This document shows positions 54,564 through 64,000 of a stretch of DNA of 64,000 bases, piece by piece. How positions within the stretch are numbered: the first letter of the stretch is position 1; the number at the start of each line of letters is the position of its first letter. The notes under the pieces were generated by a model. It was not told where the DNA came from. It searched no databases and worked only from the letters and a program-made list of their open reading frames with translations. Position numbers and translations under genes: made by a program. Source of the stretch: Octopus vulgaris (taxonomy: Eukaryota); the NCBI GenBank assembly GCA_951406725.2, contig OX597841.1:11656001-11720000 (forward strand), written 5' to 3'.

Positions 54564-54786
54564 TGGCTTCAAATTTTGCCACAAGGGCAGCAATTTGGTG
54601 GAGAGGGGATGAATTGATTATATTGACCCTCAGCATTTTACTGGTACTTATTTAATTGATCCCCGAAAGGACGAAAGGCAAAGTTGACCTTGGTAGAATT
54701 TGAACTCAGAATGTGATGACAAACAAAATACAGCAAAGCTTTTTGCTTGGTCTGCTAACAATTCTGTTAGTTTGCCGTCTTCATGC

Positions 54787-54854
<68 letters not shown>

Positions 54855-54871
54855 TAATAATTATAATAATG

Positions 54872-54903
<32 letters not shown>

Positions 54904-55299
54904 TATAAAGATCTTGAAATAGAAATCAGCAAAATGTGGAACCTGAAGACTAAAACAATACCTGTTGTCATAGGTGCCCTGGGAATGATAGCAGAAGGGG
55001 CTGATAGCTACCTAACTCAGATACCAGGAAACCCCAAAATGGCAGAAATTCAAAAGATAGTGCTCATGGGAACTGCTCATATCCTACGCAAAATACTTTC
55101 TATGTAATCTCAAGGTTTAAAACAAACATAATTTTCGTTTTTTTTTTTTAGACATTTACTAGTACAACACTAAATACAAAACCAAATATATGGCACACTA
55201 GGCATAACAACAACACGAACTTCCAACTTGTTGTCTCTTGAGGTCTCTGGGTGAGACTTGGAGCCAACTTGTACAGACATAAAGCAAAAGTCAAACATA

Positions 55300-55302
<3 letters not shown>
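54904..55302 (+). mobile_element. Dong-type LINE 3' end, flanked by (AAT)n on both sides
   Basis: YKDLEIEISKMW..IPVVIGALG..LMGTAHILRKIL. Confidence 0.85.
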
Positions 55303-55350
<48 letters not shown>

Positions 55351-55803
55351 TAATAATAATAACAACTCTTTCTATTGGAGGCACAAGGCCTTAAATTTGG
55401 GGAAAGGGATTAAGTCAATTACCTCTACTCTAGTGTTTCACTAGTCCTTAATTTATCAACCACTGAGAGGTAGGCATAGTGCATGAAGGGGGAAATAAGA
55501 AGGGAAGAGATGTGGATTGGTTTGTTGGGGTAGGGTATGTGAGAAGTTTTCTTGTTACATGTGGGTGGAACGAACAGGTCAGGGGCAAGTGGGGAGCAAT
55601 GATACAGTAGCATAGGGCCAAGAGGACAGGATTGGCGAGTGGTGGGTAAGCGTGGTACATGAAGCGGAAATGTGAAGAAGAGAACTTAGGTTTGTTGCGG
55701 TAAGGTGTGTGAGAAGATTTCTTGTAAAGTGCGGGTGGAAGACACAACACTTCTTAGAACTCAGTCTCACTGACAGGGGTGGGTCTTCTCAAGAATCTCA
55801 TAT

Positions 55804-56398
55804 CTATTTCTTTACTACCCACAAGGGGCTAAACACAGAGAGTACAAACAAGGACAGACAAACGGATTAAGTCGATTACATCAACCCCAGTGTGTAACTG
55901 GTACTTAATTTATCAACCCCAAAAGGATGAAAAGCAAAGTCGACCTCGGCGGAATTTGAACTCAAAACGTAGCGGCAGACGAAATACCTATTTCTTTACT
56001 ACCCACAAGGGGCTAAACACAGAGAGTACAAACAAGGACAGACAAATGGATTAAGTCGGTTACATCAACCCCAGTACGTAACTGGTACTTAATTTATCGA
56101 CCCCAAAAGGATGAAAAGCAAAGTCGACCTCGGCGGAATTTGAACTCAAAACGTAGCGGCAGACGAAATACCTATTTCTTTACTACCCACAAGGGGCTAA
56201 ACACAGAGGGGACAAACAAAGACAGACAAACGGATTAAATCGATTATATTGACCCCAGCGTTTTACTGGTACTTATTTAATTGACCCCGAAAGGATGAAA
56301 GGCAAAGTCGACTTCAGCAGAATTTGAACTCAGAACGTAACGACAGACGAAATACCACTAAGCATTTCGCCCAGCGTGCTAACGTTTCTGCCAGCTCA
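55804..56398 (-). mobile_element. SINE family B trimer
   Basis: 184-bp period, junction gaaatac|ctatttc. Confidence 0.88.
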
Positions 56399-56704
56399 CT
56401 CCCCTGGTGAACCCCTACCTGTATGCTTGATTGATCCCTGTATTGATGGCCAATTCTCACCTTACTGACAGCACCACTGTACATTGTTTGTACAGCTTGT
56501 ATTCTTTTACTTGTTTCAGTCATTTGACCGCGGCCATGCTGGAGCACCACCTTTAGTTGAACAAATCGATCCCCAGACTTATTCTTTGTAATCCTACTTA
56601 TTCTATCAGTCTCTTTTGCCGAAACATTAAGTTATGGGGCCGTAAACACACCAACATTGGTTGTCAAGCGATGGTGGGGGGGACAAGAACAGACACACAA
56701 ACAT

Positions 56705-56754
<50 letters not shown>

Positions 56755-57434
56755 ATAACAAAGTCACTTTAATCCGTGTAGGAGAGGTACAGCCAGAGGG
56801 TAGGTGTCCTTAGAGGTAAAAAATCCAATGGAGAGGTTAGTGTCCGTCAAGGAAAGGTAAGAGTTGGTAGTGGTAGAATATAGGATAAAGGTGAGAACGC
56901 CATGATAGATCGCTAGCTCCTACACACATTTTTTCTCTCTCCTTGTTTCTCTCTTTGTTTTTTTTCTGTGTATCTTTCTGTCGAAGAGCATAGGCTCGAA
57001 ACATAAAAGACTTGTTCTATTTCTATTCCTGAGTGCCATACTTATACATTTGTTTGTTTGTACTCCACCCGCTTTCGTATTTCGTTTATTTTCGTAAACC
57101 TTCCCATTATATATATACATACATACATACACACACAACAGGCTTCTTTCAGTTTCTGTCTACCAAATCCACTCACAAGGCTTTGGTCAGCCTGAAGCTT
57201 TAGTAGAAGACCTTTGCTCAAGGTGTCATGCAGTAGGACTGAACCTGGGACCATGTGGTTGGTAAGCAAGCTTCTTACCACACAGCCACTCCTGCGCCTA
57301 CACACACACACACATATCTTTTATGTAAAACTGTTTCTTGGTGGTTAATCACGAAACTGCTATATGGTCTCTAAAACTGTTTGAAATAGCAGTCAAATCC
57401 CCTAAAAATCATGCTTTAATGTAACTGTACATTA

Positions 57435-58062
57435 TCTAATACATTGTCTAAATAAAAGTCATGATGGCCACAGTTGGGAAGTCTACTATCAGATCTCAGG
57501 TCTTTCTAGACAGACCTGGGGCTTAGCAACAACAACAAGGAAGGACACATTAGATAATGTACTCCTAGATACACGATGCATGAATAATAAAAGACAGGAT
57601 GGTCACAGCTGGAATATCTTTGATCATAGGTCTGCTGGATCAGGACTGACCTGTGGCTAAACAACAACAAGGAAGGATACATTAGATAATGTACTCCTAG
57701 ATACACGATGCATCATTAATGAAAGACAGGATGGTCACAGCTGGAATATCTTTGATCATAGGTCTGCTGGATCAGGACAGACCTGTGGCTAAACAACAAC
57801 AAGGAAGGATACATTAGATAATGTACTCCTAGATACACGATGCATCATTAATGAAAGACAGGATGGTCACAGCTGGAATATCTTTGATCATAGGTCTACT
57901 GGATCAGGACTGGCCTGTGGTTAAACAACAAGGAAGGACACATTATATAATGTACTCCTAGATACACTATGCCAGTTTAAAAGACAGGATGGTCACAGCT
58001 GGAACATTTTTGATCATAGGTCTTCCGGTTCAGGACTGACCTGGGGCTAAACAATAGCAACA
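57435..58062. repeat. About 128-bp minisatellite, more than four units, upstream of ALG2
   Basis: aaagacaggatggtcacagctggaa..ggctaaacaacaacaaggaagga repeated; dispersed relative at about 25490-25595. Confidence 0.88.
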
Positions 58063-58079
58063 CAAACAAAAAGCAAACA

Positions 58080-58652
58080 TTGACGGTAAAGTTAGAGTGA
58101 GCTCCCTTGTCTCGGCTGGAACTCTTTAATATCCGCAAAAAACTTTGTCTCGTGGCATTTCGCGGTTTTCCTTGTTGTTGCTGTGTTGTGTCCTTCATTC
58201 ATTTCCGCCGATTACTGTTGCTTTCACTGAAGATAAAATCCGACAGAAGGGAAATCTCTGACGAAAGGCTTCCCGGTCATGACCACCCCGTCCTCATAAC
58301 GTCGCGTCGACGACGACGACATCATTGAGCGTGTTCTTTAGAATAATCGGGATTTGGCTGTGTTTTCTAGCACGACAAGCAACCACGTCCACGCAGTGGC
58401 GTGTATTTCCTTCTGCTGTGTTGTGGCTGTCATTCATTGCTGCAAGGCCTGGTGTTGTCGTTCTTTGCGCATCGCATACTTCAGTGTTCTCCACATTACT
58501 GTAAACACAGTCTGATATATATTTTTATACACCCTTACACACACAGCACTATTGTATATACACCACACTGCACTCTACACGCAGCCGCGCAATTATATAC
58601 ACCTGTCTAGACCGGTAATTCCAATTTCATAAAAGCAAAAAAACACTACTCC
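58080..58652. promoter_or_regulatory. CpG-rich, repeat-free 5' region of ALG2 (promoter/5'UTR, possibly bidirectional)
   Basis: Visibly CpG-rich non-repetitive island directly upstream of the ALG2 ATG, between two divergent genes; no TSS evidence. Confidence 0.45.
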
Positions 58653-59148
58653 ATGCTCAACATCGTTTTTGTCCACCCAGATTTGGGTATTGGCGGAGCC
58701 GAGAGGGCGGTGGTCGATGCCGCGATGGCCCTCAAGTCCCGCGGTCACACGGTTCGATTCTTAACGGCGCACCACGACAGGGACCATTGCTTCGAAGAGA
58801 CGATAGACGGCAGTTTGGACGTGACAGAAGTGGGCAGTTGGATCCCGACCAACCTCTGTGGCCATATGTTCGCCTTTTGGGCTTACGTTCGCATGATTTA
58901 CGTCGCTTTCTACCTGGTGTTGTCGGGTTTGGCCTGCGACCTGGTCATCGTCGACCAGGTCTCCGCTTGTATTCCCATACTGAGGCTAAGGGGCTCCATA
59001 AAGGTTCTCTTTTACTGCCATTATCCGGACATGCTGCTGACGGGTCGCGAAACCCTACTCAAGGCTATGTACAGGGCTCCACTTGACTGGTTGGAAGAGA
59101 CCACGACAGGCCAGGCCGATGTTGTCCTGGTCAATAGCAAGTTTACAG
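58653..59148 (+). CDS. ALG2: Alpha-1,3/1,6-mannosyltransferase ALG2, exon 1
   Basis: [24 protein letters not shown]...HCFEET...FYCHYPD...[18 protein letters not shown] is the ALG2 N-terminal signature; donor ag|gtgagt, phase 1. Confidence 0.96.
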
Positions 59149-59679
59149 GTGAGTCCCTTTGATTATTTATTAGATTGATTTGCGGGGCCGAGAGGGCAGT
59201 GGTCGATGCCGCAATGGCCCTCAAGTCCCGCGGTCACACGGTTCGATTCTTAACGGCGCACCACGGAAGGGACCATTGCTACGAATTTTCTTATTGATTG
59301 ATATTTGGCCGGAATTCTACCTTAAGCACCCCCATAAGTCACCCCATAATCCTTTAATTTTTTATTAATAGGAATTTTCAGAAAAAACTGTTTACGAATT
59401 TGTGTTTTCTAAACGCAGGGATTCATTCGATTATGCAAAAAAAAAAAAAAAATGCAACGGAAAAAAATTTTTTGTGTGAATTAAGGCTAATTTAGCTGTT
59501 GGTTTAGCACATCCCACGACCACCTGGTAGCTTCCTCGTTTCCTTATCACTCACTTGTGATATTTTTCAATATTTTTCTCCTTTTATGGTGTGATGATGC
59601 ACCCAGGGGTGATTCACTGCTGGGATTTAACACGTTGGCTCCCACACGCCCTACCGGTGGATCGTGGTAGTATTCTTTT

Positions 59680-60090
59680 ACTGTCTGTCTGTGTGTCTGT
59701 CTCACGGTTTGTCTGTCTATTTCTGTCTGTCTGTCTGTCTCACTGTCTGTCTGTCTGTCTCACTGTCTGTCTCACTGTCTGTCTCACTGTCTGTCTGTCT
59801 GTCTCACTGTCTGTCTGTCTGTCTATTTCTTTGCCTGTCTGTCTGTCTCACTGTCTGTCTATCTCACTGTCTGTCTGTCTATTTCTTTGCCTGTCTGTCT
59901 GTCTCACTGTCTGTCTGTCTATTTCTTTGCCTGTCTGTCTCACTGTCTGTCTGTCTGTCTCACTGTCTGTCTGTCTCACTGTCTGTCTGTCTCACTGTCT
60001 GTCTGTCTGTCTGTCTCACTGTCTGTCTGTCTGTCTGTCTCACTGTCTGTCTGTCTGTCTCTCTCTCTCTCACTGTCTATCTCTCTCTAC
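59680..60090. repeat. (CTGT)n microsatellite in ALG2 intron 1
   Basis: Direct inspection. Confidence 0.95.
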
Positions 60091-60182
60091 CCCCTCTCTG
60101 TCTACTTGTCCTCCTCATCTCCACCACCACCATCTCCAAGCTTCTTCATTTGTTCCTTTTCTCCTTTTTCTTTCTCTTTCAG

Positions 60183-60383
60183 CTGAAATCTTTCGAACGA
60201 CATTCAAAAGACTTTCCCACATCAACCCACAAGTCCTGTATCCAATTCCAAACTTCTCAGCATTCAACGCAGAACCACCCCCAGCCACTGATGACCTCCT
60301 CCCCAGAGGAAAGAAACACATCTTTCTTTCAATCAACCGTTATGAACGCAAGAAAAACCTTGCCCTCGCTTTGCAGGCTTTCA
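60183..60383 (+). CDS. ALG2: ALG2 exon 2
   Basis: polypyrimidine tract + cag|(A)[34 protein letters not shown]|gtaagt; phase 1->1. Confidence 0.95.
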
Positions 60384-60466
60384 GTAAGTATGAGCAACTA
60401 ACCCAGTATTTTTACAGACATAGGTGTACCTTCGACTACATTATAATGTGTCCTTCCTTATTGTTG

Positions 60467-60962
60467 TGGCGTAGTGGTTAGTGTGTCGGCATCATGATCG
60501 TAAGTTTGTGGTTTCGATTCCTGGAGCAGGCGACGTGTTGTGTTCTTGAGCAAAACGCTTCAGTTCACGTTGCTCCAGTCCACTCAGCTAGCAAAAATGA
60601 GTAACGCTGCGGTAGACCAGCATCCCATCCAGCTGGGGAACACATACGCCATAGAAACCGGGAAACCGGGCCCATGAGCCTGGCTAGGCTTTAAAAGGGC
60701 GCATTTAATATGTGGAGGTGCTTGGCTTAGTGGTTAGGGCGTCAGCATCATGATCGTAAGATTATGGTTTCAATTCCTGGACCGGGCGACGCGTTGTGTT
60801 CTTGAGCAAAATACTTCATTTCATGTTGCTCCAGTCCACTCAGCTCGCAAAAATGAGTAACGCTGCGATGGAATGGCGTCCGGTCCAACTGGGGAATACA
60901 TACGCCATAGAAACCAAGAAACCAGGTCCATGAGCCTGGCTAGGTTTTAAAAGGGCGCATTT
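60467..60962 (+). mobile_element. Two tandem tRNA-derived SINEs (family C) in ALG2 intron 2
   Basis: tggcgtagtggttag..ggtttcgattcc heads; tgtgttcttgagcaaaac body; two similar copies. Confidence 0.8.
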
Positions 60963-61032
60963 ATTTATTTATATGTATATATGTATGTCTTAATCACACC
61001 TGTCTGATGATTGAGAATATGAAACTCAGAGT

Positions 61033-61545
61033 GGCCTCTACCTGGGACGTAGCCAGTCCACCTATGCATACCTTTCCTTCTTGGGACACAAAACTCTACT
61101 TGTGAAGACCTGTTGAGGCAAGTGAAAATCAAAATCAAAATCGATCAACATCAATGGAATTTGTAGTTGTGATACCAGTGCCGGTGGCACGTAAGAGAAC
61201 CATCCAAACGTGGCCATAGCCAGCGACGCCCTGACTGGCCTCCGTGCCGGTGGCACATAAAAAGCACCATCCAATCATGGCTGTTGCCAGCCTCGCATGG
61301 CCTCCGTGCCGGTGGCACGTAAAAAGCACCATCCGATCGTGGCCGTTGCCAGCCTCGCCTGGCACCTGTGCCGGCGGCACATAAAAAGCACCCACTACAC
61401 TCACGGAGTGGTTGGCGTTAGGAAGGACATCCAGCCGTAGAAACTTTGCCAGATCAGACTGGGCCTGATTAAGCCTTCCGGCTTCACAGACCCCAGTTGA
61501 ACCGTCCAACCCATGCTAGCATGGAAAGCGGACGCTAAACGAATT
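61033..61545 (+). mobile_element. RTE 3'UTR-type non-autonomous repeat, representative; many others (e.g. 32470-32935, 35190-35620, 40900-41335, 44150-44440)
   Basis: Matches the 3'UTR of the RTE at 29590-30100; variable number of about 45-bp ggcacgtaaaaagcacc subunits. Confidence 0.8.
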
Positions 61546-61808
61546 TATTTTAATTCTCTATATGTATGTCTTAATCACACCTGTCTCATGAATGAGAATA
61601 TGAAACTCAGAGTACCAGTTTTTGGTGATGGTTTGGCAGCTTTATAAAAAAAAGAATATTACTCTATTTGAGTACTATTTTATCCATCTTGTTTTTCATT
61701 TATGTGCTTACTCGTGTGTGTCGTTCCTTCATCGTTTAACGTCTGCTTTCCATGCCAGCATGGGTTGGACGATTTGACTGAGGATTGGCGAACCAGATGG
61801 CTGCAAGA

Positions 61809-62037
61809 GGCGGTGAGCTGGCAGAATCGTTAGCACGCCGGGCGAAATGCTTAGCGGTATTTCGTCTGCCGATACGTTCTGAGTTCAAATTCCGCCGAGG
61901 TCGACTTTGCCTTTCATCCTTACGGGGTCGATAAATAAAGTACCAGTTTCGCTGGGGTCGATATAATCAACTTAATCTGTTTGTCTGTCCTTGTTTGTCC
62001 TCTCTGTGTTTAGCCGCTTGTGGGCAGTAAAGAAATA
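61809..62037 (+). mobile_element. tRNA-derived SINE (family B), full-length monomer in ALG2 intron 2
   Basis: A box TGGCAGAATCGTTAG, B box GAGTTCAAATTCC, tail gtaaagaaata; flanked by duplicated agatggctgcaag; other monomers about 6115-6340 and 49720-49950. Confidence 0.88.
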
Positions 62038-62118
62038 AGATGGCTGCAAGAGGTTCCAATCTTGATCTGGCAGAGTTTCTACAGCTGGATGCCCTTCCTA
62101 ATGCCAACCACTCCGAGA

Positions 62119-62162
<44 letters not shown>

Positions 62163-62210
62163 ATGTATCTTTCTCCACTTTTGTTCATTGTTTTTTCTTT
62201 GTGTTTTCAG

Positions 62211-62716
62211 AAAAGTTGGAGGAGCAACTGGCCAGCAACAGCAATGCCCACCTGGTGATTGCTGGAGGTTATGATGAACGGGTGACCGAAAATCGACAGT
62301 ACTATCTGGAACTACGACAATTGGCAGCAAAGCTTCAGATCGAGGACGCCGTGACATTCGTGCGGTCATTCACGTCTAGTCAGAAGCTGACGCTGCTGTC
62401 GCAGGTCACTTGTCTTTTATACACTCCTGATAAGGAACATTTCGGTATTGTACCTGTTGAGGCAATGTATATGAAGTTACCTGTTGTGGCCGTAGCAAGT
62501 GGTGGACCCCTCGAGACCATTGAACATGGTGAGACCGGATTTCTGTGTCCGGCGACGGCCGAGGCATTTGCAGAGGCGATGCGGAAGTTTATCGATGAGC
62601 CGCACCTAAAACAATCCATGGGCGAAAAGGGACGCGGTCGGGTTGAGAAGCTTTTCTCCTTCGATGTATTCACTGAGAAACTGGACAACATTGTTGAGTC
62701 GTTGTGTAATAAGTGA
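62211..62716 (+). CDS. ALG2: ALG2 exon 3
   Basis: ttttcag|..[49 protein letters not shown]; GT4 EX7E motif; spliced CDS 1203 nt = 400 aa. Confidence 0.96.
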
Positions 62717-63018
62717 TTGGAAACGGATCTCTAGATGACGAGGTGGACAATGCCACTGAATCTGCTGACGATAATGATGTGTATATGTATAAATATATGT
62801 GTGTATATATGGTTGTGTGTGTGTGTATGCAAGTCTGCATAAATGTATGTGTTTGTGTATGTATATGTGTAAGGCTTAAAAAAGCCCTTATTGTTGGTTT
62901 CCTTGTCCTGTTTTTATTCTTTATGTGTACTGTATTTTTATTTATTTGTATTGCCTTTACGTCCTGTTCTTGTCTTTTTTTTTTTTTTTTTACCCCTCTG
63001 CAAAAGAATTTTATTTAA

Positions 63019-63550
63019 CCCTTTAGTGTTTGTATTATTCTGCCAAAATTAATGCTTTTTTATCCACATTGTTTTGAACTAATCATGCATTATCTTGGTG
63101 CTATGAGATTTTGATGAGGTAGCTGTTCATTTTTAAAACGACATTGTAGTGTTGGTGTGAAAGACCAGATCTGGCCATTTTGAACATAAAACAGGCAGAA
63201 TACTTTTGGCCGGATATGGCTGGTTTGAATGCTAAAGGGTAAAAAAATGATTTAAAAAGAAGGATTTACTACAGATGTATTCAGTAATAATGATTTTTTT
63301 CCAGTACAAATAAGCTTGTGCCTATTTAAGCCATTAGTTTTTGCATTATTCTGCCAAAATTAATCCTTTTTCATCCAAATTGCTTTGAACTAATCAGGCA
63401 TTATCTTGTAGCTATGAGATTTTGATGAGGTAGCTGTTAATTTTCAAAATGATATTGTAGGGTTGGTGTGAAAGACCAGATCTGGCCAGTTTGAACATAA
63501 AACAGGCAGAATACTTTTGGCCGGATATGGCCGGTTTAAATGCTAAAGGG
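63019..63550. mobile_element. Two related piggyBac-type MITEs (63019-63239, 63330-63550) downstream of the ALG2 stop
   Basis: TTAA|CCCTTTAG..CTAAAGGG|TTAA-type ends; two similar copies of about 220 bp. Confidence 0.7.
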
Positions 63551-64000
63551 TTAATTCATTTTGCAGGAAGGACTGCTTCGGCCGGATCGTGTTCTGCCCT
63601 TACCTTCGAAACACGCATTGAGTCGAACCAGGGGCAGCTGATGAAGGGGAATACTCCTTGTATTGTTTGTCCTGTACTCTGTTTTTTCGTTGTTAAAAAA
63701 AGTCTGTTTCTTTGTTTGTTTTTATGTTTTCGTTTCTCGTGTTCTACATTTATTTGTGGTGTCCTGTACTCATATATATATATATATATGCATGTATATA
63801 TACATATAGATGTAGGTATGTACATATATGTACGTATGTATGCATATATTTTATTTGTCAAATTGTTATTATATGTGTATGTATATGTTTGTCTGCGCCC
63901 TGCCCTTATCCTTCTCCCGTTACTCACTTATGCATCCTGTACTCATTTCCTGTCCCCATATTCTATTCTTGTACCTTGAGGGGTCACTAACACCTCATCA

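Noticed and set aside
57977-58494. Minus-strand ORFs upstream of ALG2 as a divergent gene such as SEC61B (the vertebrate neighbour)
   Set aside because: Translations show no SEC61B or other recognisable motif
63575-63680. GAAAC..GTC..CTGATGA hammerhead pieces (also about 11172-11250)
   Set aside because: Could not close stems I and II convincingly; probably halves of truncated Penelope-type motifs

Overview
AT-rich, microsatellite-saturated metazoan DNA. The SINE/LINE repertoire suggests an octopus or other coleoid cephalopod; this is inferred from remembered repeat families, not from a search. Nearly all ORFs in the supplied track are microsatellite or SINE read-throughs. Two real spliced genes can be assembled by hand. 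(1) A 16-coding-exon minus-strand gene (41846->16351, 1884 nt, 627 aa) with consistent GT-AG phases. It encodes a signal peptide, two tandem ependymin/LolA-like repeats, a juxtamembrane domain, one TM helix and a short Tyr-containing tail. (2) A 3-exon plus-strand ALG2 alpha-1,3/1,6-mannosyltransferase (58653-62716, 400 aa), head-to-head with the first gene. The rest is mobile DNA: CR1-group, RTE, R4/Dong-type and Tx1-type LINE fragments, a Penelope-like GIY-YIG fragment, mariner and Tc1 relics, hAT and piggyBac MITEs, and several tRNA-derived SINE families. There are about a dozen type-I hammerhead ribozyme motifs from several families, some in long fold-back repeats and one pair in a 595-bp tandem repeat. 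Two SINE families share covarying 3' stem-loop tails with LINEs present in the same window. An assembly gap of 100 N lies at 14707-14806.
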